From Desulfurococcaceae archaeon (GTDB lineage Archaea > Thermoproteota > Thermoprotei_A > Sulfolobales > Desulfurococcaceae), in assembly GCA_038888155.1 (NCBI GenBank), contig JAWAJB010000001.1, positions 320,001-384,000 of the forward strand: a DNA stretch of 64,000 nt, given 5' to 3'. The position numbers and the translations under genes were made by a program. The notes below the pieces were generated by a model. That model searched no databases, was not told the DNA's origin, and saw only the letters and a list, made by a program, of their open reading frames with translations. Below, in pieces: positions 1 to 10,200 of this stretch (positions are counted from its first letter, which is position 1; the number at the start of each line of letters is the position of its first letter).

Positions 1-455
1 TTTTGACCTCCGCTGAGTACGTGCGGGTAGCTAGTGAGCCGATCCTCCACTTCATCCCACAGCATGGCCTTCTCCAGGGCCCACTTGACAATTTCATCGA
101 GTTCCTTCTTGCTTCTAGCAACGCCATTTATCTTGGCTGCAATGGCGACGTTTTCATATATTGTCATGTGGGGAAATGGGTTTGGTATCTGGAAGACCAT
201 CCCTATATTTTTCCTTAGATCGTACGGATCTACGCTATATGCATCTTGTCCAAGCACTTTCACTACGCCCTCAAGCCTTGAGCTCGGGTTCAGCTCAATG
301 AGCCTGTTTAAAACCCTCAAAATAGTTGTCTTGCCCGATCCCGAGGGTCCCATTATTACGTATACTGTGTTGTATGGGACCTTTAATGAGATGTTCTTCA
401 GTATGTGCTTGCTATCAATGTACAAGTTAACGTTGATTAACTCTGCAGCGTACAC
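1..455 (-). CDS. pstB: Phosphate ABC transporter ATP-binding subunit (3' end outside window)
   Basis: Not in the ORF track. Manual minus-strand translation from GTG 455 gives Walker A MGPSGSGKTT, GMVFQIPNPFPHMTIYENVA and LSGGQ at the window edge. The start overlaps the pstA stop. Confidence 0.93.
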   Translation of the reverse strand, partial: MYAAELINVNLYIDSKHILKNISLKVPYNTVYVIMGPSGSGKTTILRVLNRLIELNPSSRLEGVVKVLGQDAYSVDPYDLRKNIGMVFQIPNPFPHMTIYENVAIAAKINGVARSKKELDEIVKWALEKAMLWDEVEDRLTSYPHVLSGGQ

Positions 456-1300
456 TAAAGCTTCACCTCCTTTACGAGGAATTTTGTAGACAAGAATATA
501 ATTAAATAAGATAAGAGAAGCAGGGCGGCTGCTGCCCATGAAAGCTCTTGGAACACTCTATATGGCGTTAACACGTAGTCAAATATAAGCAGGGGAATTG
601 CATCGGTTGGACCAAATAAGGACAGCGAAACTTCAAGCCTGTACCTACCTGTTACGAAGAGTATTGCAGCTGTTTCTCCAAGTATTCTAGCCATTGTCAT
701 TAAAATTGCAACAGAGAGCCCGCGCCTTATTATTGGGACGAATACGCTTATTATTGTCCTCCACCTGCTCATTGCAATTGAGTACGCAGCCTCTCTGTAA
801 ATTGCTGGAATAGAGCGCATATACGTTGATATATACGTGTAGGAGTAAGGCAGAGATATTATTGTTAGCGCAACTGCGCCTGCGAGAGCTGAGAACTGCC
901 CCATAGGAACTACTACAGTTAAGTAAACGGCCATTGAGACAACTATAGTGGGTATGCTTGCAAGGGATTTAGCGACGACGTCTACAATCATTGACAGCGG
1001 GTTCTTTGGGAACTCTGTCGACAGCACTGCAGCTAAAAAGGCTAAGGCAATAGAAATAGGCAGAGAGATTGCTGTCATCGTTATTGAGCCCACTAGGGCT
1101 GGCGCAATTCCTCCAACCTCTCTAGACAGGGGGGTTGGCGGCGTGTTGACGAAGAAGCCTATGCCGGCCCTTAGAATTATTGGCAGGCCATTGCTTAGCG
1201 TGACAATTATAGTGTGTACTATTGGTATTACAGCTATAACTGACATTAAAAGCACTAGTACAAAGAAAAGTCTGTCCTTTGTCCTCCTCAAATCATACAA
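455..1300 (-). CDS. pstA: Phosphate ABC transporter permease PstA
   Basis: Hydrophobic protein with LASIPTIV, REAAYSI (EAA loop) and ARILGETAA; lies in the pst operon. Confidence 0.92.
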   Translation of the reverse strand: MYDLRRTKDRLFFVLVLLMSVIAVIPIVHTIIVTLSNGLPIILRAGIGFFVNTPPTPLSREVGGIAPALVGSITMTAISLPISIALAFLAAVLSTEFPKNPLSMIVDVVAKSLASIPTIVVSMAVYLTVVVPMGQFSALAGAVALTIISLPYSYTYISTYMRSIPAIYREAAYSIAMSRWRTIISVFVPIIRRGLSVAILMTMARILGETAAILFVTGRYRLEVSLSLFGPTDAIPLLIFDYVLTPYRVFQELSWAAAALLLLSYLIIFLSTKFLVKEVKL

Positions 1301-2210
1301 GGATCTTCCCCCTCCACTTAATCATCATTGACAGCCCCATGAAACTTAGTACGACGGCAATCAAGAGAATAAATAGAGCTGAGGCGTAGAGCGTGGACTC
1401 TGCGTATTTGTACAGGTACGCGTTAGCGAACTGAGATGCTATCAGCGCTGAAACAGTTATACCGGGAGAGAATATGCACGAACCGAAGTACACGGAGTTC
1501 CCAATTGTAGTTACAGCAATTGTTGTTTCCCCGAGAGACCTCGCGAACCCTAAGACTAGTGAGGCAAATACAGCAGGTTTTGCGAGAGACATTAAAATCC
1601 TTATTGACTCGTACCTCGTGCACCCAATTCCCAAGCAGGCCTCCCTGAGCGCTTGGGGGATACTTTGGTAAGCCTCGTACACCATAGCTGTAACATATGG
1701 AACTATGGAGATCCCTATTGATACCCCCGCTGTAAATATAGTGAAGCTCGTTATGGGCCTGCAAGAAAAGATCGGTAAAATCGATAAATACGCGTGCAGC
1801 GGATCCATTACGTAGTTTTTCAATATAGGTGCAAGGTACATTGAAGCCCACATAGCGTATATTATTGTTGGAACGCCGCCCATGAGCTCCACTACTGATG
1901 ACAACACGTTTTTCGCTGGCCCGCGTAGGTATTCAGCTATTAGAATAGTCAGGGGAAGCGAGAGAAGCAGAGCAGTAAACACTGCTAACACTGACGTCAG
2001 TACTGAGCCCCATATTGGCGTCAATAGGCCGTACCTGAGGTTCTCAGGATCCCAAGCGGTTGAAGTTATTAACTCGAGGCCGAAGCGATTTAGCGATTCG
2101 AGCGAATTTGAGGTAATCGTGATGACTGTAATTATCAGAATGCCCAACAATATAACTGAAGAAGGTAGCAACGAGAGAAAAAACACTTTATCCTTTCTAG
2201 ACAAGCGCAT
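1293..2210 (-). CDS. pstC: Phosphate ABC transporter permease PstC
   Basis: WDPENLRYGLL, ELMGGVPTIIY and ARSLGET motifs; lies between pstS and pstA. Confidence 0.92.
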   Translation of the reverse strand: MRLSRKDKVFFLSLLPSSVILLGILIITVITITSNSLESLNRFGLELITSTAWDPENLRYGLLTPIWGSVLTSVLAVFTALLLSLPLTILIAEYLRGPAKNVLSSVVELMGGVPTIIYAMWASMYLAPILKNYVMDPLHAYLSILPIFSCRPITSFTIFTAGVSIGISIVPYVTAMVYEAYQSIPQALREACLGIGCTRYESIRILMSLAKPAVFASLVLGFARSLGETTIAVTTIGNSVYFGSCIFSPGITVSALIASQFANAYLYKYAESTLYASALFILLIAVVLSFMGLSMMIKWRGKILV

Positions 2211-2217
2211 AAAAGTA

Positions 2218-3339
2218 TCACGCAGTCTCTATAATGTTAATCGCATTATTTAATAACATTCTAATGGATTGGGGCGGCGGAACGTAGCCCGGAATGGTGT
2301 TGTTGTAGCCTTCGTCTAGTATCCACCTTAGAAATTCCTTTATTGTCAACGCCCTCGCTTGATCATACCTTCGCCACAGAATTAAATGAGTTAATGCCGA
2401 TATAGGGTAGCTCTTCGCGCCTGGAGCGTAGACAGCTTCGTAAACTACGTGACTGAAGTCGTCGAGCGGGGATGAAGGGATGTTGACGTTCTCTAAAGCG
2501 CTCATTAAAGTTTCCCTTGATGCCTCTACGAAGGCTCCTGCAGCGTTTTTCAATAAGGCTGTTGGCAGGTTATTAGCTATCGCGTATCCCCACTCTACAT
2601 AGCCTATGCTATAGGGAGTCTGCTTCACTATTTGTGTGACTCCTTCGTTTCCCTTTCCGCCTATGCCCCTACCTAAGGCTATTACAGGCCAATTCACTGT
2701 TTTTCCAACTAGCTCTTTTGGCCACATGTTGTTGGTTGCCTTATTGAGGTAAGTTGTGAATATTTCCGTAGTTCCGCTTGAGTCAGACCTGTATACAGCG
2801 ATAATCTCCTTATGTGGGAGAGCTCCTGCGATCCCTGGGTTTAAGTTCTTGATGTAGGAGTCGTCCCAGTAAGCGATTTCGCCTTTGTATATTTTAGCGA
2901 GTGCAATTTCATCAAGTCTTATTGTAGTGTTTACCGGCACTTCGGGTATGTTGTAGATAACTACAACGCCGCCGATAAGCCAGGGTATCTGAATTATCTC
3001 TCCTTTGTTCTTCTCCCACACGTCTTTTGAGAGAGGCGGGTCGCTGCAGGCGAAGTCTACTGTTCCCTGGAAAAACATGCTGAGTCCTGCGCCGCTTCCA
3101 ACTGATTGATAGTTAACCCTTATTCCCTTCTTTGCGTAGAAGAGTTGTGCCCACTCGTTTACCTGTGGGAATACAAATGAGGCGCCTGCACCTTGCAACA
3201 GTGTGAACTGGGGCGTAGGGGTTGGTGTTGGTGTGGGAGTGACCACGTTACGTGGGATAGTTGTCATGTACGCGAGTATTATTGCCCCAATTACTACTAG
3301 CGTTGCTATTATTGTCAAGTTTTTGTACTTACCATTCAT
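2218..3339 (-). CDS. pstS: Phosphate ABC transporter substrate-binding protein
   Basis: GAGASF, YQSVGSGAG, DFACSD and RSDSSGTT motifs; N-terminal TM anchor followed by a (TP)n linker. Confidence 0.95.
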   Translation of the reverse strand: MNGKYKNLTIIATLVVIGAIILAYMTTIPRNVVTPTPTPTPTPQFTLLQGAGASFVFPQVNEWAQLFYAKKGIRVNYQSVGSGAGLSMFFQGTVDFACSDPPLSKDVWEKNKGEIIQIPWLIGGVVVIYNIPEVPVNTTIRLDEIALAKIYKGEIAYWDDSYIKNLNPGIAGALPHKEIIAVYRSDSSGTTEIFTTYLNKATNNMWPKELVGKTVNWPVIALGRGIGGKGNEGVTQIVKQTPYSIGYVEWGYAIANNLPTALLKNAAGAFVEASRETLMSALENVNIPSSPLDDFSHVVYEAVYAPGAKSYPISALTHLILWRRYDQARALTIKEFLRWILDEGYNNTIPGYVPPPQSIRMLLNNAINIIETA

Positions 3340-3374
3340 ATTAACCTCCGTATCTAGGAATCAAAGTATGTACT

Positions 3375-3422
3375 TTTAAATACCTTTAATATTAAATTTA
3401 AATATAGTTTAAATATTTAAAT
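3375..3422. promoter_or_regulatory. Divergent pstS/phoU promoter region with repeated TTTAAATA/TATA-like elements
   Basis: Almost pure A/T. TTTAAATA occurs at 3375, 3397 and 3408, with palindromes at 3385-3396 and 3408-3421. Confidence 0.6.
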
Positions 3423-3455
3423 GTATTTTGAGAATAAATGCACTAGGCGATAGGC

Positions 3456-4475
3456 GTGTTTAAAAGGAGAGTTCAAGCCATAGGGGACACATTCATAATA
3501 TCAATCCCAAAGGAGTGGGCTAGGCTTCACAACTTAAAGCGCCAAGACGAAGTGCTATTAGAGACTCTCCCAGACCTCAGCTTGATGATAATACCGCCGT
3601 CCAAATCAACAAAGCAGGTGAGAACTCACTCAATTGAGCTTGAGCTCGTTGGAGACTTAAAGTACGACTTAATGAACGCTATATCTAGGTACCTCGTAGG
3701 ATATGATGAATTCTATTTAAAGGCTAACCTCGCTAACCAAGACTACTTAAAGCTCTTCATTAAGGAATTAACGTCAAAGGTGCTAGGACTAGAGATCGTC
3801 AGCTTTGAAGAGAGCTCGGCTGTAGTGAAAAACGTAGCTGGAGACTTCAGTTTAAATGTAAACGAAGTAGTGGAGAGGCTATTTAAAATCCTCGACTCAA
3901 CTATGAGGGACTTGCTCGCAGCAATTAAGAGCGAGAACCCCAGCGAAAGCAAGCTTGCAGAGCTAGTTGAAAAGGACGGCCTAGCTGACAAATTAACCAT
4001 GTACTCGCTGAGGGTACTAAACAAGATTTTGCTGGGAGAGTACTTACCTAGGGAATACGGGTTTTCATCGTTCCTTGAGGCGAACATAACGCACGATGTA
4101 CTCAGAGACCTCGAAAGATCTATTGATCATATAGCTTATATTGCACAGAGCATGCTCGGATCACAAATGAAGTTTGCCGATGAAGATAGAGCGCTTGTAA
4201 TAAGCCATTTCGAGAAGCTAATAGAATTTTCAAGTGTTGTTAGGGGAGCCGTTGAGGAGTTCCAGCATGAACAAGTCCACACAGTGATTAGCGCCAAATA
4301 TAACGAGCTAATGAGCATTGAGGGAGAATACGCGAATGCTATAAAGAAGAACCCCAACATGCACTTGATGCTTGACAATTTACGCAGAGTTAAGGCGTAC
4401 CTATTCGATATAGTTGAGCTCATGATGGATAAGAGCGCTACCTTAACTAAGGTGCCGGGCGCAAGTAAAAAATAG
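3456..4475 (+). CDS. phoU: Phosphate uptake regulator (AbrB N-terminal domain plus PhoU repeats)
   Basis: N-terminal RRVQAIGDTFIISIPKEW (AbrB-like) and PhoU motif DLERSIDHIAYIA; divergent from pstS. Confidence 0.88.
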   Translation: MFKRRVQAIGDTFIISIPKEWARLHNLKRQDEVLLETLPDLSLMIIPPSKSTKQVRTHSIELELVGDLKYDLMNAISRYLVGYDEFYLKANLANQDYLKLFIKELTSKVLGLEIVSFEESSAVVKNVAGDFSLNVNEVVERLFKILDSTMRDLLAAIKSENPSESKLAELVEKDGLADKLTMYSLRVLNKILLGEYLPREYGFSSFLEANITHDVLRDLERSIDHIAYIAQSMLGSQMKFADEDRALVISHFEKLIEFSSVVRGAVEEFQHEQVHTVISAKYNELMSIEGEYANAIKKNPNMHLMLDNLRRVKAYLFDIVELMMDKSATLTKVPGASKK

Positions 4476-4573
4476 CTTAATGGCTGCGTTGAGCTTCGGC
4501 TCTGACTGTATTATGCAGAGCTTGCTTGAATCAAACGCTACTGAAAGCGCTAACGACAGCGCTCTGCCCTAGA

Positions 4574-4915
4574 CTACCTCTCCGACACTGCTCCCCCAAT
4601 AACTCCCCCTATACCAGCTAGAATAGCAGTAAGTAGGCTGAAGAGAATGCTCAGGGCGCCAACAATTATCCCCAGGAAGGCGCCCACTATTGCTCCTATG
4701 ATTCCACCTATGGCTCCTCCAATGAAAGTCAGAAGCGTAAACACGAGGATGCCTCCGAGAATTCCTCCAGTGAAGCCTGCAATAAACCCTCCCCTTGTCC
4801 CCCTTCCAGTTACAATTCCCCCCACAATTCCAGCTAGTAGCGGGCCAACAATAGGGATCCACCCAATGAGCAGGAGGAGCACAAATGTAACAATAACGCC
4901 AGCCGCGTAGCCCAT
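4574..4915 (-). CDS. Small Gly-rich membrane protein (DUF5518-like)
   Basis: 113 aa with several GxxxG-rich TM segments (IPIVGPLLAGIVGG); purine-rich RBS upstream. Confidence 0.7.
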   Translation of the reverse strand: MGYAAGVIVTFVLLLLIGWIPIVGPLLAGIVGGIVTGRGTRGGFIAGFTGGILGGILVFTLLTFIGGAIGGIIGAIVGAFLGIIVGALSILFSLLTAILAGIGGVIGGAVSER

Positions 4916-5002
4916 GAGTTCCCCTCTCTTTGCATTATTTAGCCCATATCTGAAAGCTGCGTATTATATTTATCTGCTAATTGCGCCTGCGCGAATAGGG
5001 CC

Positions 5003-5530
5003 TTAGTCGGGTTTAGGAGGAGTGACGTTCAGTTGCCCCTGGTACTTACCCTGATATGGCTTGAACACTGGGCTACTTGTCCTCAAGAACACTATGTGTA
5101 GAAAGCGCTGCTCGGGGTACACTCTAACGGGGTGAGGTCCGCCAATTATTTCAATTGTAATGTTGCCCTTAAAGCCCGCGTCAATAACTGTAGGCGGAAT
5201 GTATATGCCGGCCCTAGCGAAACTGCTACGCAGGTTGACTAACCCCACGAGGTCGTTTGGTAGCTCTACCCACTCAAGCGTAGTAGCTAAAACGTGTTCG
5301 TAAGGGTTTATAACGAAGCCGCTGTCTGCATCCATATCTAGGCACTCCATTACATCAGAAACGTTCATGGCCTTAGTGTCCACTAGCGTGTTGTTTCCCC
5401 TAAACTTGCAGAACCTGTAGCCGAACCTCAAGTCTACGCCGTTTTCCCTCACAGTGTCATCAAAGAGCGGACTTATTGTAAGCAACTTCTTCTCCAAGTA
5501 CACCTTGATATCCCAGTCGCTTAAAATCAC
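5003..5530 (-). CDS. dcd: dCTP deaminase
   Basis: MILSDWDI, LRSSFARAG, VIDAGFKGNITIE and YQGKYQGQ motifs. Confidence 0.95.
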   Translation of the reverse strand: MILSDWDIKVYLEKKLLTISPLFDDTVRENGVDLRFGYRFCKFRGNNTLVDTKAMNVSDVMECLDMDADSGFVINPYEHVLATTLEWVELPNDLVGLVNLRSSFARAGIYIPPTVIDAGFKGNITIEIIGGPHPVRVYPEQRFLHIVFLRTSSPVFKPYQGKYQGQLNVTPPKPD

Positions 5531-5575
5531 TTGCTGACACCTCGCCTCTGAGTTTAGATTTGGCTTCTTTTGTTT

Positions 5576-6484
5576 TTAAGAGGGGAGATCTATTTGTGCT
5601 CTCTTGAGGCAGCTACGCATTTGATCTCTTGGAACTCTCTCGGGGCACCTAGATATAGTGAAGGTTGCTTCCCCAACTAGGTACTCCCTCAGCGTGCAGG
5701 TTTTCTCGCCAGCTCTGTTCTCGTACAGCACGCACCTAGGCCCTGTGTACCAGAATATTAGCGGGTGGGCCCTTACTAGCTGTTGCCAGAGACTCCACGC
5801 TATCATCCTAATCTCCCACTGAGCCCTGTTGCACATCCTCAGCGGGAGGAAAACCTCGACTAGCTCTCTAGCGTTCATTGACACGACAACTCTCGTTTTA
5901 ACGGCCTGTGGAAGAATGTAGCGAGCGTCCTCGTGTGGAATGCCCATGCTTAGCGCTCTGTAGTAGTTTGCTGTGTACTCTAGAAGCGACTTAAGGAGCT
6001 CTACGCGCTGCTTCTCTACTGCAGAGGGCGGTATTATAAAGGCCTCGCCCAAGAGGTCGAGCAACGCGTTGAACTCGAGGTGGCTTTTAGCTACCCGGCT
6101 CAAAACATCTGCGTGGAGTTCATAGGAATCCCTATAATCTACTCCAGCGAGTTCGCAAGCCTTTATAACAAGTTTCTTTAGGTATTTGTCGCTATATCTT
6201 TGGCTGAGCTGGCTGTAGCTAGCGTGTCTGTGCCTTACTAGTTGGTGGCTGGTAACGCGGCTACAGACAACTTCGTATACGTACAGGCAATGCTCTAGCG
6301 GGCTTCCGTGTCCTCTAGCTATTAGCTCTTTGATCCACCCTCCAATATCGCTACTCTCCATGTTCTCGCTTATTTCTGTGAAGTCTTTTGGGGAGAGAGT
6401 TGCCTTTGCAGATGAAGCTACAATTTTCTCTGCGAGCGGTGTAGCGTAGATTAGCTTAACTGTGGGGAGGTAGTTTAAGCTCAC
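5576..6484 (-). CDS. thyX: Flavin-dependent thymidylate synthase
   Basis: GHGSPLEH, the ThyX motif QLVRHRHASYSQLSQRY, EDARYILP and RAQWEIR. Confidence 0.95.
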   Translation of the reverse strand: MSLNYLPTVKLIYATPLAEKIVASSAKATLSPKDFTEISENMESSDIGGWIKELIARGHGSPLEHCLYVYEVVCSRVTSHQLVRHRHASYSQLSQRYSDKYLKKLVIKACELAGVDYRDSYELHADVLSRVAKSHLEFNALLDLLGEAFIIPPSAVEKQRVELLKSLLEYTANYYRALSMGIPHEDARYILPQAVKTRVVVSMNARELVEVFLPLRMCNRAQWEIRMIAWSLWQQLVRAHPLIFWYTGPRCVLYENRAGEKTCTLREYLVGEATFTISRCPERVPRDQMRSCLKRAQIDLPS

Positions 6485-7251
6485 TGCTGAAACCCCGGAA
6501 TAGCTTTAACAAATATCCTTGAAAAACCGTGTGACTTCAGTGCTTCAACTATCTTCGACAAGTGCTCGCTGTTGACGCCGCAGTACTCTCTGCTCCACTC
6601 CGAGCTTCGAGGCGACACTAGGGGTTCGCCTAAAAGCGGGTTCACTACAACTGTAGTTTTTTCTGCGCGGAGTTTATCTGCGATTTGAGATATGTAGTGA
6701 GATAAAATCTCGGGGCTGAGCTTCCTATGAACAGGTATCCTCAGCTCTAAGGGTATAGAGAGCTCGCCTACAATTAACAGCGAGCTCAAGAAGTTCTGCC
6801 AGAGCTTTCTCGAAGCGCTAGGGGGTAGCCCGTACAGTTCTTCGGGGGGCGCCTTTAAATCAGTGACTACGTGGTCAACTAATCCCCTCTCGGCGAGGTG
6901 CTTAAATTCGCTGATTAAAGTTAGGTTGGAGTTCAAGCTGCGCGGGATTTCAGCGTTGCCTAACTCTATGAAAAGCTCTGCTAGCTTGTCGTGTTGAAGC
7001 AGCGGCTCTCCGCCAGTGACGTGAAAGTAGTCTATTAGCGCCCTACTTGCGTGAACTTCCTCTAGGATGTTTTTTACGTCAACGTACCTGCACACAGAGC
7101 CTTCAGCGTTTGCTATTCTCCAGTTGTGGCAGAAAGGACAGTTGAGGTTGCAACCGCACAGCCACAGAGTAAAAGAGGGGTGACCGTAAACATCGATAAG
7201 TGAAACGCTCTTCCATCCAGCTATTAATAGCGTTCTTTCTGGGGAGGTCAT
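6481..7251 (-). CDS. nrdG: Anaerobic ribonucleotide reductase activating enzyme (radical SAM)
   Basis: GCNLNCPFCHN (CxxxCxxC) and TGGEPLL; directly downstream of nrdD. Confidence 0.92.
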   Translation of the reverse strand: MTSPERTLLIAGWKSVSLIDVYGHPSFTLWLCGCNLNCPFCHNWRIANAEGSVCRYVDVKNILEEVHASRALIDYFHVTGGEPLLQHDKLAELFIELGNAEIPRSLNSNLTLISEFKHLAERGLVDHVVTDLKAPPEELYGLPPSASRKLWQNFLSSLLIVGELSIPLELRIPVHRKLSPEILSHYISQIADKLRAEKTTVVVNPLLGEPLVSPRSSEWSREYCGVNSEHLSKIVEALKSHGFSRIFVKAIPGFQQ

Positions 7252-7297
7252 CAGGAATCAGCTGCTACTACCAAAGAGGGATTAATGGCTTTGACCC

Positions 7298-10200
7298 TCA
7301 TAAATTAAAATTGTAGTGCTTCCTAGTCCAGAACTCCTTCCTCCTCTGGGGGTTCCAGTTCCTCAACGGCCTATAGTAGCCTATTATCCTGCTCCAAATA
7401 TCAACGTTGTTGCTACTGCATGATGGGCATGCAGTGTAAACTCCAGTGAACGTCCTATCGCAGCTATTGCAGTGAGTTATTGCTGGCGTGTAGCTCCAGT
7501 AAATTAAGTCCGTCTGTATGAGCTTCTTTGTGAGGGAAGAGAGAGACTCTGGATCTGCCTCCTCGCCTAGGAATATGTGCATCATGACGCCCCCTGTAAA
7601 GTACCTTTGAACTCTCTGCTCGACTTCGACTCTGTCCGGCAACTCCATAGGCGCGTAATAGGGCGCTACGCTACTTGCGTATACAGGGTTTTCGGGCTCA
7701 GGTAAGTATTCGGCGAGCTCGGGGTACTTCTTTAAATCGAGCATCGCTAGTTTAGGCCCCGCAGATTCTCCGGGGACTTCCTCTACGTTCCAAGGAATGC
7801 CTTCCTCTGTCATCCACTTTCTCGCAGCGTTAGTAGCGTACTCGACAATTCTCCTCATGAGATCAGCCGCTCTCAGCCAATTCCTTCTAGGGCCGTCGAG
7901 CCACAAGTTCGGATCTCCCATTAGTATAGCTACTGCCTCCGGCAGGCCTATTAACCCTATAGTGTTGAAGTGAGTTGAGGGAAATTCCGGCATGTACTCC
8001 TGTATCATAGCGTAGAAGTTGGGGTAGTTCTTCATTATATATATGTACCTGTTCCTAAACCAGTCGACTCCCTCCTTTACGAGCATCAAGATCTCGCTGT
8101 ACTTTTCCCAGAACAGGTGCTCTTCTCTCTTGGACTCTAGGGCCAGCCTGGGCAGGTTGACGTCTACTATGTTTACTGACCCTGTGACATCTGGCATAGC
8201 CCATATTCCTCCGAACCTCTGCCTCTCAATAGCTTTCCAGAACTCTTCTTTCAACTCCTCTGCGTCCTTTCTGAGAGAGCTCAGGGAGAGCTTGCTGTTC
8301 ATATACGCGTAGATCATCTCGCTTTTCTGTATGCTGAGCCGACAGCAGTTGTGCGTTACCACTCCGCCGCTGTGGACAAAGTAGTGATCTTCCTCGAGCT
8401 CTAAATCAACGAATAGCTCGTCCTCCTGGAACTCTAGCTCCTCGACACTTGATATGTCCACCCAGACAACGTCGGCGGTGTTCCTGTAGCCCCTTGCGAG
8501 CGCCTCAACGCCATTGTCCAGCTCTTTATCAACAAAGTTGAGGAGCAACTTTATCGTTCCGCCCTCGCAACGCTTGAATTGCGCGTCAACTCCGCTGAGC
8601 GACGCAAGCAAGAGCAAATCTTGTGCGAGCTCCTCGCTCTTAATGCACAGCTCCCACTGCCCTTCCCTGTATTGCCCGATAGAGTCCAGCAAGCCCCTTA
8701 TGAATTGCCTCCTCACGCTTGGGGGGCTGGACCAAATGAACCAAGGAATGCGCTTCTCGTTAAATAGCGGTCTAACGCAGCTACTGTAGAGCAAGTCAGC
8801 GAGCGCGCCGCCAGCTGGTTCAATGTAAGGTTCGCCACCCCAATTGGAGCCTTCACGCGTGCTCAACGGGCACCCTACAACCAGCTCATAGCCGTAGAGG
8901 TAGCCTGTGTTTTCAGGCCCAACTGAATTGACTGGAGAGTATAATCCACTCGTGAAGTGCCTCTCCCTTACTGCTTCCTCTGGCGCTCTCTTCCCAGAAG
9001 GCGAGCTCTGCAAGAGCTCTTCCCTTAGATTCAGGCCTGCTGAGTAGCCAATTAAGTAGCCGAGCCCTTCGTCGAGTGTTGCCGATACACCTCCTTTAGC
9101 GCCCCCAATCTCTAAGTAGGCGTTACTAGTAAGCATCTCTGCCAATGCGACAGGTACTTGGAGCGGCTGCAGCTTGTTGTCGCTGCCTCTAATTTTAAGC
9201 TCGAGTAGCTCAGATGCCATTATTAGCCTAGGCTCCAGCATAGACTCCCCCCTTATGAGGAGGGGGTGGTCATGAGTTACTACGAAAGTCCTCCCGTCCG
9301 CTAGGCTTATTCTAACTGCTCGCCTGCAGCTCTTGGCGAGGAATCTCTTAATTTTCCTCCACGCTACCTTTCCAGTCTCTGGGCTGTACGCTAGAGCCTC
9401 GACATCCCCCCTCGCGCTGTACCACTCTGCGCCGTCCCTTTCTTTGGCCTCGAGTTGGCCGGCGTAATTCTTAAATAAATTCCCTATTGTTGTCGCGCTT
9501 ACAGTGCCCCCGTGCCTGAAAACTACTAGCTCTTTTTCGTGCAGGCACATCGCGTAAGTGGCGTCGGGGTCTACTATCCTAGTATTTAACCAGTAGAAGC
9601 TCCCCCGCTTAGCGGCTGTTTTAAACACTGCTTCGTGTATTTCAGGGTCGTCCCACAGCCACTTAGCTGTTGCCATTAGAGTGGGTATGGGGAAAGTGAA
9701 GGGCTGTCCAACGGAGTCGCCCTCGTAATAGAGCTCTGTCAGTGCCTTAAAGAAGACTTTAGCCTCCCCCTCGTAGTCCCCTAGCGGGCCTGCCTCCTCG
9801 CCGCCGTAGACAGCTTGATCTCCTTCGAGCATTTTCCTAGGAGCGTTCATTGTGACTGTAAAGTTGCTGAAGGGAGTTTGAAGCCCTATTCTCGTCGGGT
9901 AGTTCAAGTTGTAGAGTAGCCTCTGTATCTGCTGCTTAATTTGCTTGTAACTGGGCTTGTCCTTCCTTATAAATGGCCCAGTGTACCACTCAACGCTCGA
10001 GAGCGCTTGAGCGCCAGTGAAGTAGTGCTGCATTGTTATGAGGAAGTTAGCTATGTGATCAACTAGAGTGTCGAAGTGCCTTGCCGGCCGGGATACAATA
10101 GTTATTGTCCTCAAGCCCTTCTTCAAGAGCCTCGAAATGCTGTGCCCCGTGCAGTACGGTATGTAAACGCTGTGGGGCAGTTTGTGCACGTATATTAAGC

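Noticed and set aside
4486-4545. Two CTGA motifs after phoU suggesting a C/D sRNA
   Set aside because: There is no acceptable C box at the right spacing.
4569-4862. 97-aa Trp/Arg/Cys-rich ORF
   Set aside because: It is an alternative frame of the Gly-rich membrane protein gene; its composition is a by-product of GGN codons.
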